Below, in pieces: positions 49,772 to 61,544 of a stretch of DNA of 64,000 bases. Within the stretch, counting starts at the first letter, position 1. The number at the start of each line of letters is the position of its first letter. Origin of the DNA: Octopus sinensis (lineage: Eukaryota); the NCBI RefSeq assembly GCF_006345805.1, contig NW_021833421.1, positions 1 through 64,000 on the forward strand, read 5' to 3'. The position numbers and the translations under genes were made by a program. The notes beneath the pieces are model-generated. The model had not been told where the DNA came from. It saw only the letters and a program-made list of their open reading frames with translations, and made no database searches.

Positions 49772-50562
49772 TTTGGGTAATTTCAACCAATCAACGACGT
49801 GTATTCGGTTAAAGAAAGCTACTGCTTTGTGCCATAGTAATCGAAGAGGAAGAACTTCCGGGTCATATCTAGTAAATGTCACCACGTTGTTCGAAAAATC
49901 AACACCATAGAACAACGAGTCCGCAGCTAGCTTTTTTTGTTGTTGACGTATATGTAGTTTCAAAATGCCTTATTTCACAACTATGAGATGTATTGTTATT
50001 GTTATGATTACATCTTACTATAATCAACAACAAACACATTTCGTCAATATAAATATCCTTATTAGATAAAAAAAATAACATTATCAAAACATGAAGGTAA
50101 AACAAAACAAATAGCTGCTTATACACCGGAAAATACGGTAATTGTAGTGGCAGTGACAAGTTCGCTTGCTTGTTGCTAGTTGATAGTGTAGAAGGGAGGG
50201 AAAGTGTCAGGAATACACGGTGCTGACTAGAAAGGAAGAAAAGATAAAGATGACATCGTCTTCGCTCGCCGTACGAATAGAACAGAGTGATGACATTTAG
50301 TAGAGATGGCCCGGAAGTTCTTCCTCTGCGATTACTATCGCAAACAGCAGTGGCTTTCTTCAACCGAATACACATCGTTGATTGGTTGAAATTACCCAAA
50401 TACGAAAACTTTAACTGGAAATAACTTCTGAAATACGAAATTTTATCAAAAACGGCCAGAGTAAACCGTGTTCTACGTGAGAAATTCTACTAGTGTTCAA
50501 AGTTCAAATTGTTTGTTAAAAAGATTTAATTAAAAAATCTGTGATTGAGATGGAATAGATCC
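49772..50562. mobile_element. Long-TIR foldback element related to the 17389/41759 family; left arm truncated
   Basis: 49772-49880 is complementary to ~50290-50400; the right arm ends ggaatagatcc (family terminus gaaaagatcc). Confidence 0.7.
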
Positions 50563-50636
50563 GAAAAGAACGACAAGCAGGAAATTGAACTATAACCGAT
50601 ATACATACACACGTATTCATACATACATACATAGGT

Positions 50637-50974
50637 GGAGACCCCCTTCGGTCACGACACAGACCATGGGATTGCACCTAGAAAGTTACCCTCTTAGACA
50701 TAAGTCCGGGCGAGGTTGTTTATGGAAGACCAGCAGTCGCCCATGCATACCAGCCTCCCCTCTCCACGACACCAGTGTTATCCAAGGGAAAGACAAAGGT
50801 CGATACAGCTTGGCACCAGTGACGTCGCAACTCATTTCTACAGCTGAGTGAACTGGAGCAACGTGAAATAAAGTGCCTTGCTCAAGAACACAACACGCAG
50901 CCCGGTCCGGGATTCGAGCTCACAACCTCACAATCGTAAGCTCGACGCTCTAACCACTGAGCCATGCGCCTTCA
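50637..50974 (-). mobile_element. SINE family F (tRNA head + CORE-like + distinct tail)
   Basis: Minus strand gtgaaggcgcatggctcagtggttagagc..gagctcgaatcccgg..ttcttgagcaaggcactttatttcacgttgctccagttcactcagctg. Confidence 0.9.
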
Positions 50975-51284
50975 CATACATACATACATACATACATACA
51001 TACATACATACATACATACATACGTGCATACATACGCACGCATATCGTGCGTATTAGGGTTCTCTTACTCCCAGCTGTTGGAAGGACATCGGTTCTTCTG
51101 AGTTCATCCGTCCTTTGATAGGTTTGTTATTCATCTTGCAGGATGTCTAGCGAAAAGCACCCTTCTTATCAAGCAGGCTTGGGTAAGAACATGGGCTGTC
51201 GGCGACTAAACGGGCACCCCCAGCAAGCTGACGATCCAACGACATCACAAGTTGTACTGCGTAATACATACATACATACATACA

Positions 51285-51625
51285 TAGTGACCCCCTTCGG
51301 TCACGACACTGACCATGGGATTGCACTTAGAAAGTTACCCTCCTAGTCACAAGTCTGGGCAAGGTAGTTTATGGAAGACCAGCAGTCGTCCATGCATATC
51401 GGCCTCCCCTCTCCACACCACCAGAGTTATCCAAGGGAAAGGCAAAGGGGCCGATACAGCTTGGCACCAGTGACGTCGCAACTCATTTCTACAGCTAAGT
51501 GAACTGGAGCAACGTGAAATAAAGTGCCTTGCTCAAGAACACAACACAGCCGGGTCCGAGATTCAAGCTCACAACCTCACGGTCGTAAGCTCGACGCTCT
51601 AACCACTGAGCCATGCGCCTTCACA
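51285..51625 (-). mobile_element. SINE family F, second copy
   Basis: Closely matches 50637-50974; (ATAC)n on both flanks. Confidence 0.9.
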
Positions 51626-52382
51626 CATACATACATACATACATACATACACACACGCGCTTATCTCTCTATATATATATAGAGAGAGATAGATTGATAG
51701 ATAGATAGATTAAACTTACTTGGAAGAGGATCCGTGGCGTTTGATCATATAATAATATAATATAATATAATAATATATATAATATAATATAATATAATAA
51801 ATATAATATAATATAATAAAATATAATATGACAGAGGGGAATGAAGCGTAATGCGTGAGTGGGGCATAACAGGTCATTTGCCAGATTTTTGTCATTTTCT
51901 TTTAACTCCAAACCAGGAAGTATGATGTAGCAACCATTATGAATTGTATCATCCCTCCGACTAATATGAATGTATTCTTCCCAGTGACTCCTCAAATTCC
52001 ACGTTCTGGATCAGAGAACTCAGTCACTAGATCAACCAATTTTTTATCGTCAAACAAAACTTAGCGGCGCTGCCAGAAGTTGTAATCCAGGTTGGAATTC
52101 TTTTGTACAAGAGGGTACGTTCAGAGCATCTTCTCTGCGCATGTTATGTTGGATAAATAGAATATGTTTGGAAATTCTGACATGCAGGGAAATTCAGAGT
52201 AATTCAAAAGCGGGGCATAATGAGTCACTTAAGATAAAGCCCAGTGGCTTCTGTAAGTAGAAAAAAAGAAGAAAATGTTTTCGACATTTTACAAATATTT
52301 GTTATTATTTGAAAGTGTTTTAGCAGCATTTTTTTTCATGCAATTATTTATATTTACATAGAATAAAGGGACGGTATGGTAC

Positions 52383-52705
52383 TTGCATCGTTATTCGAAC
52401 AAGAAAAGAGAAGCAAAAATGCGCCAAAGAAGCAACAAAAGTCTAAGAGTGGAAAGGAAGGAGGGTCTTATCCTCCAAAATGGTGCAGAGATTGTCAATA
52501 GTAATGGTGACCATAAAGGTGCAGATGTGTCGGAGGAAGACGACCCTGGGTGCTCCATCTACAAGAGGTTCTGGAGCAGATACAAAGGGCAGAAAGAGCA
52601 AAGTTTGGTCACTGTGTGACCTTTGTAAGAATTATATTTGCCTTAAGTGTATTCTAAGGGGAATAGATGTTAAACAAGAGTTCTTCTGAGAGAAGTGTAC
52701 AATGT
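52383..52705 (+). pseudogene. Degenerate basic region plus PHD-like Cys-rich finger, possibly the C-terminus of a pogo-like transposase
   Basis: Two frames join: SEEDDPGCSIYKRFWS... / VWSLCDLCKNYICLKC..IDVKQEFF*EKC; one frameshift and a stop at an expected Cys. Confidence 0.4.
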
Positions 52706-53028
52706 AATCTGGACTCCATTTGCCGAATGGAGAATTTTATCGTAATTGATTTAGCTTTCAAAGTGACTACTGTTCTGTAAACTTGATTGTTTTTTATATT
52801 TGGAAGAAGATTTAGTATTTAACTTTAGATGTCTCTCATATGTTTTTCTATTGATTGCTTTCAACATTTCCCGACAATTTGTCATATTTTTATCCAAATA
52901 CAACTTTGCATTTCGCTCCATTTGTGGATGACACAGTATGCCCCACCTAATATTGAAATTTCAAATTTTTACTGTAATTTAAATATGATTATGTATGTAT
53001 GTATGAAACAAACATTCAAAATTGCCTT

Positions 53029-53560
53029 GATGAAAAACAGATTGTTTACAAACAATGTGAGATGATAAAGGTTCTGGCTAAAACGAAATGAATCACTTTT
53101 AATCACACCAAAAGTCAATTAGTACCCGAAAACGGTGTCGCTCTGTGGCTTGTGGGTTTGGAAGGGCAATGTATAATACGTATGCCTTCCGCAAAATTAG
53201 CCGTTGGATTCTGCCAATCTTTGTTCCCAGTTTGATCGATGAAAGGAGGCAGGCAGTCAATGATAAACGTCCAGAAAGCATGTAGTCTTGTTTCAGAATA
53301 GTGCTAGATCTCACGTTTCCTTGCAGATTCGAAAGATATTGCTACAACTTGGCTGGGATATCTTGCCACCTAGCTTACTCATCTGACCTTGCACCTTAAG
53401 GATTTCCATTATTTTGATCCCTAAAAATTAGGAAGAACCTCAGTTCTTTGGAAGACTTTAAGACCCAAAAATATGCCAAGTTCTTCACGGATGAGATCAT
53501 GCATGTGCTTTGAAGCTGGCGAAAGGTAGAAGGACAACTGCGATATATTTGATTGAGTAT
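53029..53560 (+). pseudogene. Decayed mariner transposase catalytic domain
   Basis: DEKQIVY, RFWLKRNE..TPK, LCGLWVWKG, DSANLCSQFDR, HVVLFQNSARSHVSLQIRKILLQLGWDIL, YSSDLAP*DFH, KFFTDEIM; matches mariner DEKW / QDNARPH / YSPDLAPSDF motifs with stops and frameshifts. Confidence 0.85.
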
Positions 53561-53578
53561 GTGTGTACAAATGTAAAA

Positions 53579-53809
53579 GGCGGCGAGCTGGCAGAAACGT
53601 TAGCGCACCGGGCGAAATGCTTAGCGGTATTTCGTCTGTCGTTACGTTCTGAGTTCAAATTCCGCCGAGGTCGACTTTGCCTTTCATCCTTTCGAGGTCG
53701 ATAAATAAAGTACCAGTTTCGCACTGAGGTCGATGTAATCGACTTAATCCCTTTGTCTGTCCTTGTTTGTCCCCTCTATGTTTAGCCCCTTGTGGGCAGT
53801 AAAGAAATA
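53579..53809 (+). mobile_element. SINE family A monomer inserted at the mariner 3' end
   Basis: Near consensus; tgtgtacaaat repeated on both flanks. Confidence 0.92.
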
Positions 53810-53944
53810 TATATGTGTACAAATATTTCATTTGAATTTTACTTAAAAAACTGAACGAAATTTTTGTTCAAACCCAGTATATTAAATTTTAATTAAAGTA
53901 GGTAATTAGTTCTACCATGAGTAAATGTTTGTTATCACTTATGA

Positions 53945-54125
53945 GTGCGTCGGGCAAAATGCTTATTGCCATTGCTTCTAGCTCATTACATTCTGAGTTT
54001 AAATATTTTCAAGGTTAACTTTGCCTTTCACCCTTTCAGGGTCAACAAGATTAAGGTACCAGTCAAGTAGTGGAATTGATGTCATAACGTTGCACCCTTC
54101 TTCGCAAAACTGCTTGCCTGTGCTA
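53945..54125 (+). mobile_element. SINE A2, diverged
   Basis: cgggcaaaatgctta..ttctgagttt..aactttgcctttcaccctttcaggg. Confidence 0.65.
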
Positions 54126-55624
54126 AAATTAGAATGAATTATTCATGATTTTACAGTTTAGCAACCTTAATATAAACACACCCAAACATACACGCATGTA
54201 TACGCGTGTGTATATGACTTTAGGCAGAACAAAGGGAAAGTGCTTCTGTCAATGAGTGGACCCTCTGGTACAGGTAAAATCGAGCAGGTTCAATTTGAAT
54301 AACGGGCTAGAAAGAGATGGACAAGGATAGAATTCTAGAGAGTTGATGCTCTTGAGAAAAGGCTTTTAGTATAGTAGGTAGTGCAGGTCCTGGAGGAGGG
54401 GGCACTGTATAGGCGCTGATATGCAGAGAGTCGAGTGTAAAGATTGGGCTTAGGTGCAGGTGGCACGTAATCAGGTGGCTAACAAGAACAGGAAGCATTA
54501 TAGTAGTAGTGGCAAGAGTCTGCTGATGATTTTTAGTTGTGGGTCTGCTCTGATCGAGCTAACTTATAAACAAAAGTTCCAAGATACAACTTGCAGCTGC
54601 TCCGTTTCTGAGTTCTCAAGAGGTCTCGAGTCTTTCAACATCAGCTCCCTTCGCCCAGTTAACCCAACCAGGGTTGATCAAGTCTCAGCATGCATCCTAC
54701 TAACAGGACACCACCTGCCTCCCCTCTTTGCCTAAAGTCATTTAGCGACTTTCTCTGCAGCTTCAGTATTTATGGCTTTCATCTTTGTTGCACCACTAAG
54801 TCTAAATCCCGTCAGAGCTTTACAGAATGTCGTCTTAAAAAACCCCATCAACCTACTTCATTTAGAAAGTGATTATCCCATCTTTTTACCTATGTGCAAG
54901 CAAGTAACGATGACGTTATCGAAAGTGTGCGCTTCTAAGCCAGTGGAGTCTGACTTGAGAGAAGTTGCCTGCTATTTCTAGTAGGTCAAGTGACCCTATG
55001 GAAACTATCCTCTTCCAGGCGTTATACTCCAACGGGAAATTTACTCAGCAACGGGCAAATAAAGAGAAACTGGGAATGGATCTTGCATCACGTATTAAAA
55101 TCCTCACAGACTTAATGATCCCAACTGGTTTCTCCTTTAGCGAATGACAAACAATGTACGATTTCAAAAAATATGAAGTCAGCAAAACATAAAACATTAA
55201 ACACCAGATATATATTTATTTTTGCGACTGTCCAAAAAGGGTGGATTCTGTCTAGAATTATGCATAGTTATGGGCGTTGCATACATGTAGCTGGGTGGGT
55301 CTCTTTAAGCAGTAAACGGCAGGAAGCTATCAAGTATTAAAGTTACTTAATGACCAGAGAAAGTTCTTGTAGTCTATCAACATCTGTTCTGCTAAAATAG
55401 TAACTGGAATCGTGCTCCAAATTCTTTCAATGTTGTTGCCTATTTTTTCTGTTTCTGAATTATTTTTATTTTCCAAAGGTTCACGTTCTTGTTTTTCTTC
55501 TAATGAAACTACTACAAGAAAAATATATAAAGCAGAGTCGGTTCTATCATGCTTGATGGAATTCGGTTCAAAGAGAATTTGATTAAATTCTCAAATTATT
55601 ACACCTACATACAGAAGAAATATT

Positions 55625-55755
55625 AGGGAGAGTTTACGAAAAAAAACCAAAAGACGAAGACAGGTGGTGTACAAAACAAACAGATGTATTAGTATAACGC
55701 TCAGGAATAGAAAAAATCTTTTATGTTTCGAGCCTACGCTCTTCTACAGAAAGGG
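55625..55755 (-). mobile_element. Family H copy, 5'-truncated (motif 55717-55754)
   Basis: Minus strand ccttt-CTGTAGA-A-gagc gtag gctc-GAAAC-ATA-aaaga. Confidence 0.7.
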
Positions 55756-56221
55756 ACATATTATACTGATAAGAGAGTAGGTCAGTAGTTGTAACAGGAC
55801 TTAATGATCACACATGAAAATACTATACCCTCTACAGGTTATTCTAACATGCAGACTGACTATGTTTCGCTGATGAGGTCTAATTAGGGAAAATGTACCC
55901 AAAGTTATTGCTGCAGCGCCAAGGATTAAACTGATTTTTTTATGGCCTTCATGTGTGTGTGTGTGTGTATGTGTGCGCGCGTGTGCGTGTGTATGTATGT
56001 GCCCCAGTATGGCTGCAGTCCAATGACTGAAAAACGAGTAAAACATGAAAGATGTATATATATGTACCCCACTCTAGGCTACAACTGAAGAGCCATTATT
56101 TATTAAAATGTGTCCACAATTACTCGTTACATTAGCGCTTGTCTATGGAGCTCGGGAAGGGCTTCGACCAAAACTTTTCCCGCTCCCTTGGTAGGTATAT
56201 AATATACGTATACGTAGAGGT

Positions 56222-56336
56222 ACATGTATGTATGTATGTATGTATGTATGTATGTATGTATGTATGTGTGTATGTATGTATGTATGTATGAATGTATGTA
56301 TGTATCTAAATATCTATCTATATATATATGTGTGTA

Positions 56337-56375
<39 letters not shown>

Positions 56376-56600
56376 CTATCCAAGCTTGGATAAATGCCTA
56401 AACACCCACACAAAAGCAACCATCAGAAGGAGAGAGAGAGAGAGACAGACAGAGACAGAGAGACAGAGAGACAGAGACAGAGACAGAGACAGAGAGAGAG
56501 ACAGAGACAGAGACAGAGAAACAGAGACAGGGACGGAAAGAGATAGAAATAGAGAGAGAGGGTGGAAGAGAGAGAATGATAGAGAGAGAGAATGAGAATG
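56222..56600. repeat. (TATG)n, (TG)n and (GAGACA)n compound microsatellite
   Basis: Direct reading. Confidence 0.92.
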
Positions 56601-56859
56601 AGAATAGTATATAGATAGATAAATACAGAGAATACAGAAGAGAGTGTAGTGCGGGAAATGAGTCATCCGAATGTGTGAAGTGCTAAAAGCGAACACATCG
56701 CCACTACAACAGGAAGCAGCGGAGTGTTCAGTCGGTACCATCTCTTCGGCTGAATGCAACGGTGGGGCTGCAACACCATGGTAGATGGTAGTACTTGCTG
56801 TTGTTATTAGTCACACCAACGTTTAAAGACCGAAATAGTGGTTCACTATAGCTGAACTA

Positions 56860-57375
<516 letters not shown>

Positions 57376-57399
57376 TTCTGAAGCCTGAAGTATATATAC

Positions 57400-57640
57400 T
57401 CTTTTTTACTTGTTTCAGTCATTTGACTGCGGCCATGCTGGAGCACCGCCTTTAGTCGAGCAACTCGACCCCGGGACTTATTCTTTGTAAGCCCAGTACT
57501 CATTCTATCGGTCTCTTTTGCCGAACCTCTAAATAACGGGGACACAAACACACCAGCATCGGTTGTCAAGCAATGCTAGGGGGGAACAAACACAGACACA
57601 CAAACACACACACGCTTATATATATATAACATATATACGA
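57400..57640 (-). mobile_element. SINE family C 3' half, running into expanded (TA)n
   Basis: Family-C tail and body. Confidence 0.88.
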
Positions 57641-57788
57641 CAAGTATATATGTATACATATATATACATATATACATATATATATATCTATATATATATA
57701 GATATATATATACATATATATATATACATATATCTATATATATATAGATATATATATATATATATATAAATATATAATATATATATAT

Positions 57789-57860
<72 letters not shown>

Positions 57861-58359
57861 ATTTGTGTGTGTGTATTTGTGTGTGTGTGAAATTCAGATG
57901 CCTGAAGTCTGACCCTAATTTTGTAGTCGTGGGACACAAATAAACGTTCATCGCATGAAATGGTATACGAACTTCGCTTTAGTTTGAAAGATTGGGTGTA
58001 TTTTATTCGCTTAGAAGTGAGACAACTAGAGGACATTTGAGACAGATATTCATGTCCCCCCCCCACACACACACACATACGAACATACACATACACACAC
58101 ACATACACACACACGCATGCACACAATGCACACACAGACATACATTATGGGTGTAACCAGGATTACGGCCGACGGGGTTCTCAATGAATAATATGGATCC
58201 ACCATTAGCTGTCTAATTTGCGTATGTATGCAACATATAATGCGTATATCATATACGCATACGTATATGATACGTATATCATATGTGCATAAGCTGTCTA
58301 ATCTGCGTATATATACACCTCCAACCGTATATGTGTGTCTATCTATCTATCTATCTATA

Positions 58360-58428
<69 letters not shown>

Positions 58429-58471
58429 GTCTGTCTGCCTGTCTGTCTGTCTGTCTGTCTATGTGTGTATG

Positions 58472-58504
<33 letters not shown>

Positions 58505-58511
<7 letters not shown>

Positions 58512-58639
58512 ATTAGGGTATCTATGAGATACCGCCATTGCTGAGAATAGCATATATGGACAATTAAGGTGGTTTTAGAGTCAGATCATGGCTGCTATTT
58601 TCAGCATGGTGGTATCTCGTAGATACCTTAATTTATAAT
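58505..58639 (+). other. ~47-bp-stem hairpin (MITE or structured RNA)
   Basis: Arms 58505-58552 / 58593-58639; four substitutions and one bulge. Confidence 0.7.
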
Positions 58640-58740
58640 TTTAATAATTATTACCATTGAAGATTATTTTTTCCATGCTAGCCACTTGATAAAATCGTTA
58701 TTTTATTTTTAAATTAACGATCTTATACTTATATATATAT

Positions 58741-58945
58741 ATGTTGAATCGCTAGCTTCTGCACGCATTTTTTTTTCTCTCCTTGTTTCTCTCCGTGTTT
58801 TTTTTCTGTGTATCTTTCTGTTGAAGAGCGTAGGCTCGAAACGTAAAAGACTTGTTTTATTTATATTCCTGAGCGCCATACTAATACAATTGTTTGTTTG
58901 TACTCCACCTGCCTTCGTCTTTTGTTTATTTTCATAAAGCTTTCA
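58741..58945 (+). mobile_element. Family H copy (motif 58813-58850)
   Basis: tcttt-CTGTTGA-A-gagc gtag gctc-GAAAC-GTA-aaaga; ends in (TA)n. Confidence 0.7.
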
Positions 58946-58946
58946 G

Positions 58947-59003
<57 letters not shown>

Positions 59004-59179
59004 ACATACATATACATACATGTACACACACACACACACTCACCCTCACACACGCATGCACACACAGAGATCAGTTGTAGGATTTATTAGAATCTAGGAC
59101 CTAAGTATACCAACATGTAGGGTGTTAGGATTGGCTGTGTACATAGTATTGAGCTTGTAATACGTCAAAGCAACTCAGT

Positions 59180-59323
59180 ATTCTGTTGTGTCTGGGGAGA
59201 GTCATTTTCTTTTTGTGCCTTATTATGTAATACACTCACCGGTAAAATTTCCACTTTTTAAACATTTTTATTGTCCTAAAATTTTCATTGCGTCTTGCAA
59301 CCTTTTCAATAGTTTTGACTCTC
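59180..59323 (+). mobile_element. Half copy of the palindromic MITE
   Basis: Matches the left arm 16446-16590 up to the centre ttgactctc. Confidence 0.85.
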
Positions 59324-59356
59324 TCAGTATATTGTATATACATACATACATACATG

Positions 59357-59440
<84 letters not shown>

Positions 59441-60205
59441 GAATGTATAGAGAGAAAACAAAGTTATTTTATTCCACACGGGTAGAAATATAGGGAAAAT
59501 AGAGGTTAAAAGTGCACTAAAAATAGTTAAAATACTTTTTGTCAATATATTTAAAGCCTTAACCGGTTTCACAGTTTACACTAATTTTCAAATTAAAACA
59601 CGTGACTAGTGTTTGAAGCTTGCCCTATTTTTATAGAGAGTTCATGGTTCAAATTAGTATATGTTTTGAATAGGATTTAATTGGTAGACGATAGTCACAT
59701 AACAGGTCTTAGAAATTGTTGTAGGTTCCCTGCTACGTCCGTGTGTTAGTATCAATTGACACTGTTTGGCGTCGTAAGTCAAGGCTGGCACACTTGACTG
59801 AACATCTCCAAATAATCAATGTTCTGAATGTTTTCTGTGAAGTGAATATAGAGAATCATGATTAAGTTTATAACCTTTTGTACGCCTCCCGCTACGCCTG
59901 AGCGTTAGTGTCACGTGACAGTATATTTTGCACCTAAAAAGAAAGCCGACACTGTTGAGTGAACATGTTTAATTACAGTCAAGACACTCCAAATTTAATC
60001 TGTCTGATGGGAGATTGGACAAGAGCCGTTTGTATGTAGTGCAGTGGCTAAAGTTAGGTTGTTAGCAGTGTCGGTTCCTCATGATAAGTGAAAGAATGAG
60101 TTTTGTGTGTATGTACTTTGTTAAAGTTTGTTAAGTCTCTTTTTGTGTATGTGTGCGTGCGTGCGTGTGCTTGTCTCTCCGTATTACAAAATTGTTTTGC
60201 TTTAA

Positions 60206-60960
60206 TGTAGGTATGTAGATGAGATTAATATTTTAGTTTGGACAATCTCTAGTAACTGTAGTGTAGAAACCGAGACGATCCTGGTGGAGAGCATCCAGCA
60301 CGTAGCTTACTCCATCCACCAAAGTATCAAGGTAACTATAGATTATCGCACTAAGCACTCTATTAATAGACTCCCTGTCCTTGATACTGAGCTTTGGTTA
60401 GAGACTGTGAACAACAGACTGCAGCTCCTCCGCTCCTATTACATGAAATCTATAGCTTTTTAAATATGGTATTCACAGGAACTCAACCTTCCAATGTATC
60501 AAAATGAACATAGCGCTAGCAGACTTGTGAAGATAATGAATAACGCGTCCCCTATGCGGACCCTATGAAACAAAGACACGTGCAGAACTTCATGCACTGC
60601 ACGCAATTCTCTGGATATGACCAAAAAGATAGAATTCGGGTATATAAGGGAGCTAGAAAGAAGTTAGCATTATATGTATATTTCTTTACTACCCAGAAGG
60701 GGCTAAACATAGAGGGGGACAAACAAGGACAGACAAACGGATTAAGTCGATTACATCGACCCCAGTGCGAAACTGGTACTTTATTTATCGACCCCGAAAG
60801 GATGAAAGGCAAAGTCGACCTCGGCGGAATTTGAACTCAGAACGTAACGGCAGCCGAAATACCGCTAAGCATTTCGCCCGACGTGCTAACGTTTCTGCCA
60901 GCTCGCATTATATATAATGACACCGGTGGTGCCTGCCCTAGATAGAGAGATAAGACTGGA
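60206..60960 (+). pseudogene. Decayed Penelope-like element RT C-terminal/thumb region (Neptune-like), interrupted by SINE A
   Basis: Open frame 60206-60463 CRYVDEINI...SIHQSIKVTIDY..KH..NRLPVLDTELW...YYMK; then by frameshift KYGIHRNS..K.NI..ADL, VKIMNN.S, RHVQNFM..QFSGY..KDRIRVYKGA; after the SINE, NDTGGACP. Matches PLE motifs RYVDD, IHPSI..T.D, RLPVLD, SGY. Confidence 0.75.
60679..60904 (-). mobile_element. SINE family A monomer
   Basis: Near consensus; TSD gcattatat(g/a)ta at 60667-60678 and 60905-60916. Confidence 0.92.
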
Positions 60961-61156
60961 ATACAGAGGCCACTGATGCACACACAGCGGATGTATTGCC
61001 GAGCGGAAATGATGCGACATTCGAGGTCTGTCAGGGTCCATATTAAACCTTTGGTTCCTTGTCTTTGCTTTACATTATTCTTCTCAATATCACTATTGAT
61101 GGTAAAAATCTCGTGGTATTTATTAGTTTCAGGGTTTTAATATTAATGGCCGTAGA

Positions 61157-61385
61157 AGGCAGGGAGCTGACAGAATCATTAACAAGGGCGGGAAAAAATG
61201 CTTAGCAGTATTTCGTCCGTCTTTACGATCCCAGTTCAAATTCCGCCGTCGTCGAATTTGCCTTTCATCCCTTTGGGGTCGATAAAATATGTACCAGTTG
61301 AACACTGGGTCCGATCTAATCTATTTACCTCTTCCTCGAATTGTCAGGCCTTGTGCCAAACATTTATGACCGATATTTTGTTCAT
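61157..61385 (+). mobile_element. SINE A2
   Basis: aggcagggagctgacagaatc..cagttcaaattccgcc..gcctttcatccctttggggtcgataaaa..ggccttgtgcc. Confidence 0.8.
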
Positions 61386-61544
61386 TTATGGCAAAAATCA
61401 TTAGAATATCAAACTTCCTTGCCATATTTAGCTACGGCTCTTAACATTCCGAGCTCAGATCCCACTGAGGTCTACTTTACTCGTGCCAAAATTTGAAATC
61501 AGTATTAATGGTTCATATCTCAGCGTCCAATTGGGCAGACTAAG

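Noticed and set aside
51870-52200. Protein-like minus-strand frame (NLDYNFWQRR*VLFDDKK...)
   Set aside because: Multiple stops and no family recognised; needs tBLASTx.
54300-55150. GC-richer stretch with several 60-93 aa ORFs
   Set aside because: No motif recognised in any frame; probably an old TE, but cannot be supported from sequence alone.
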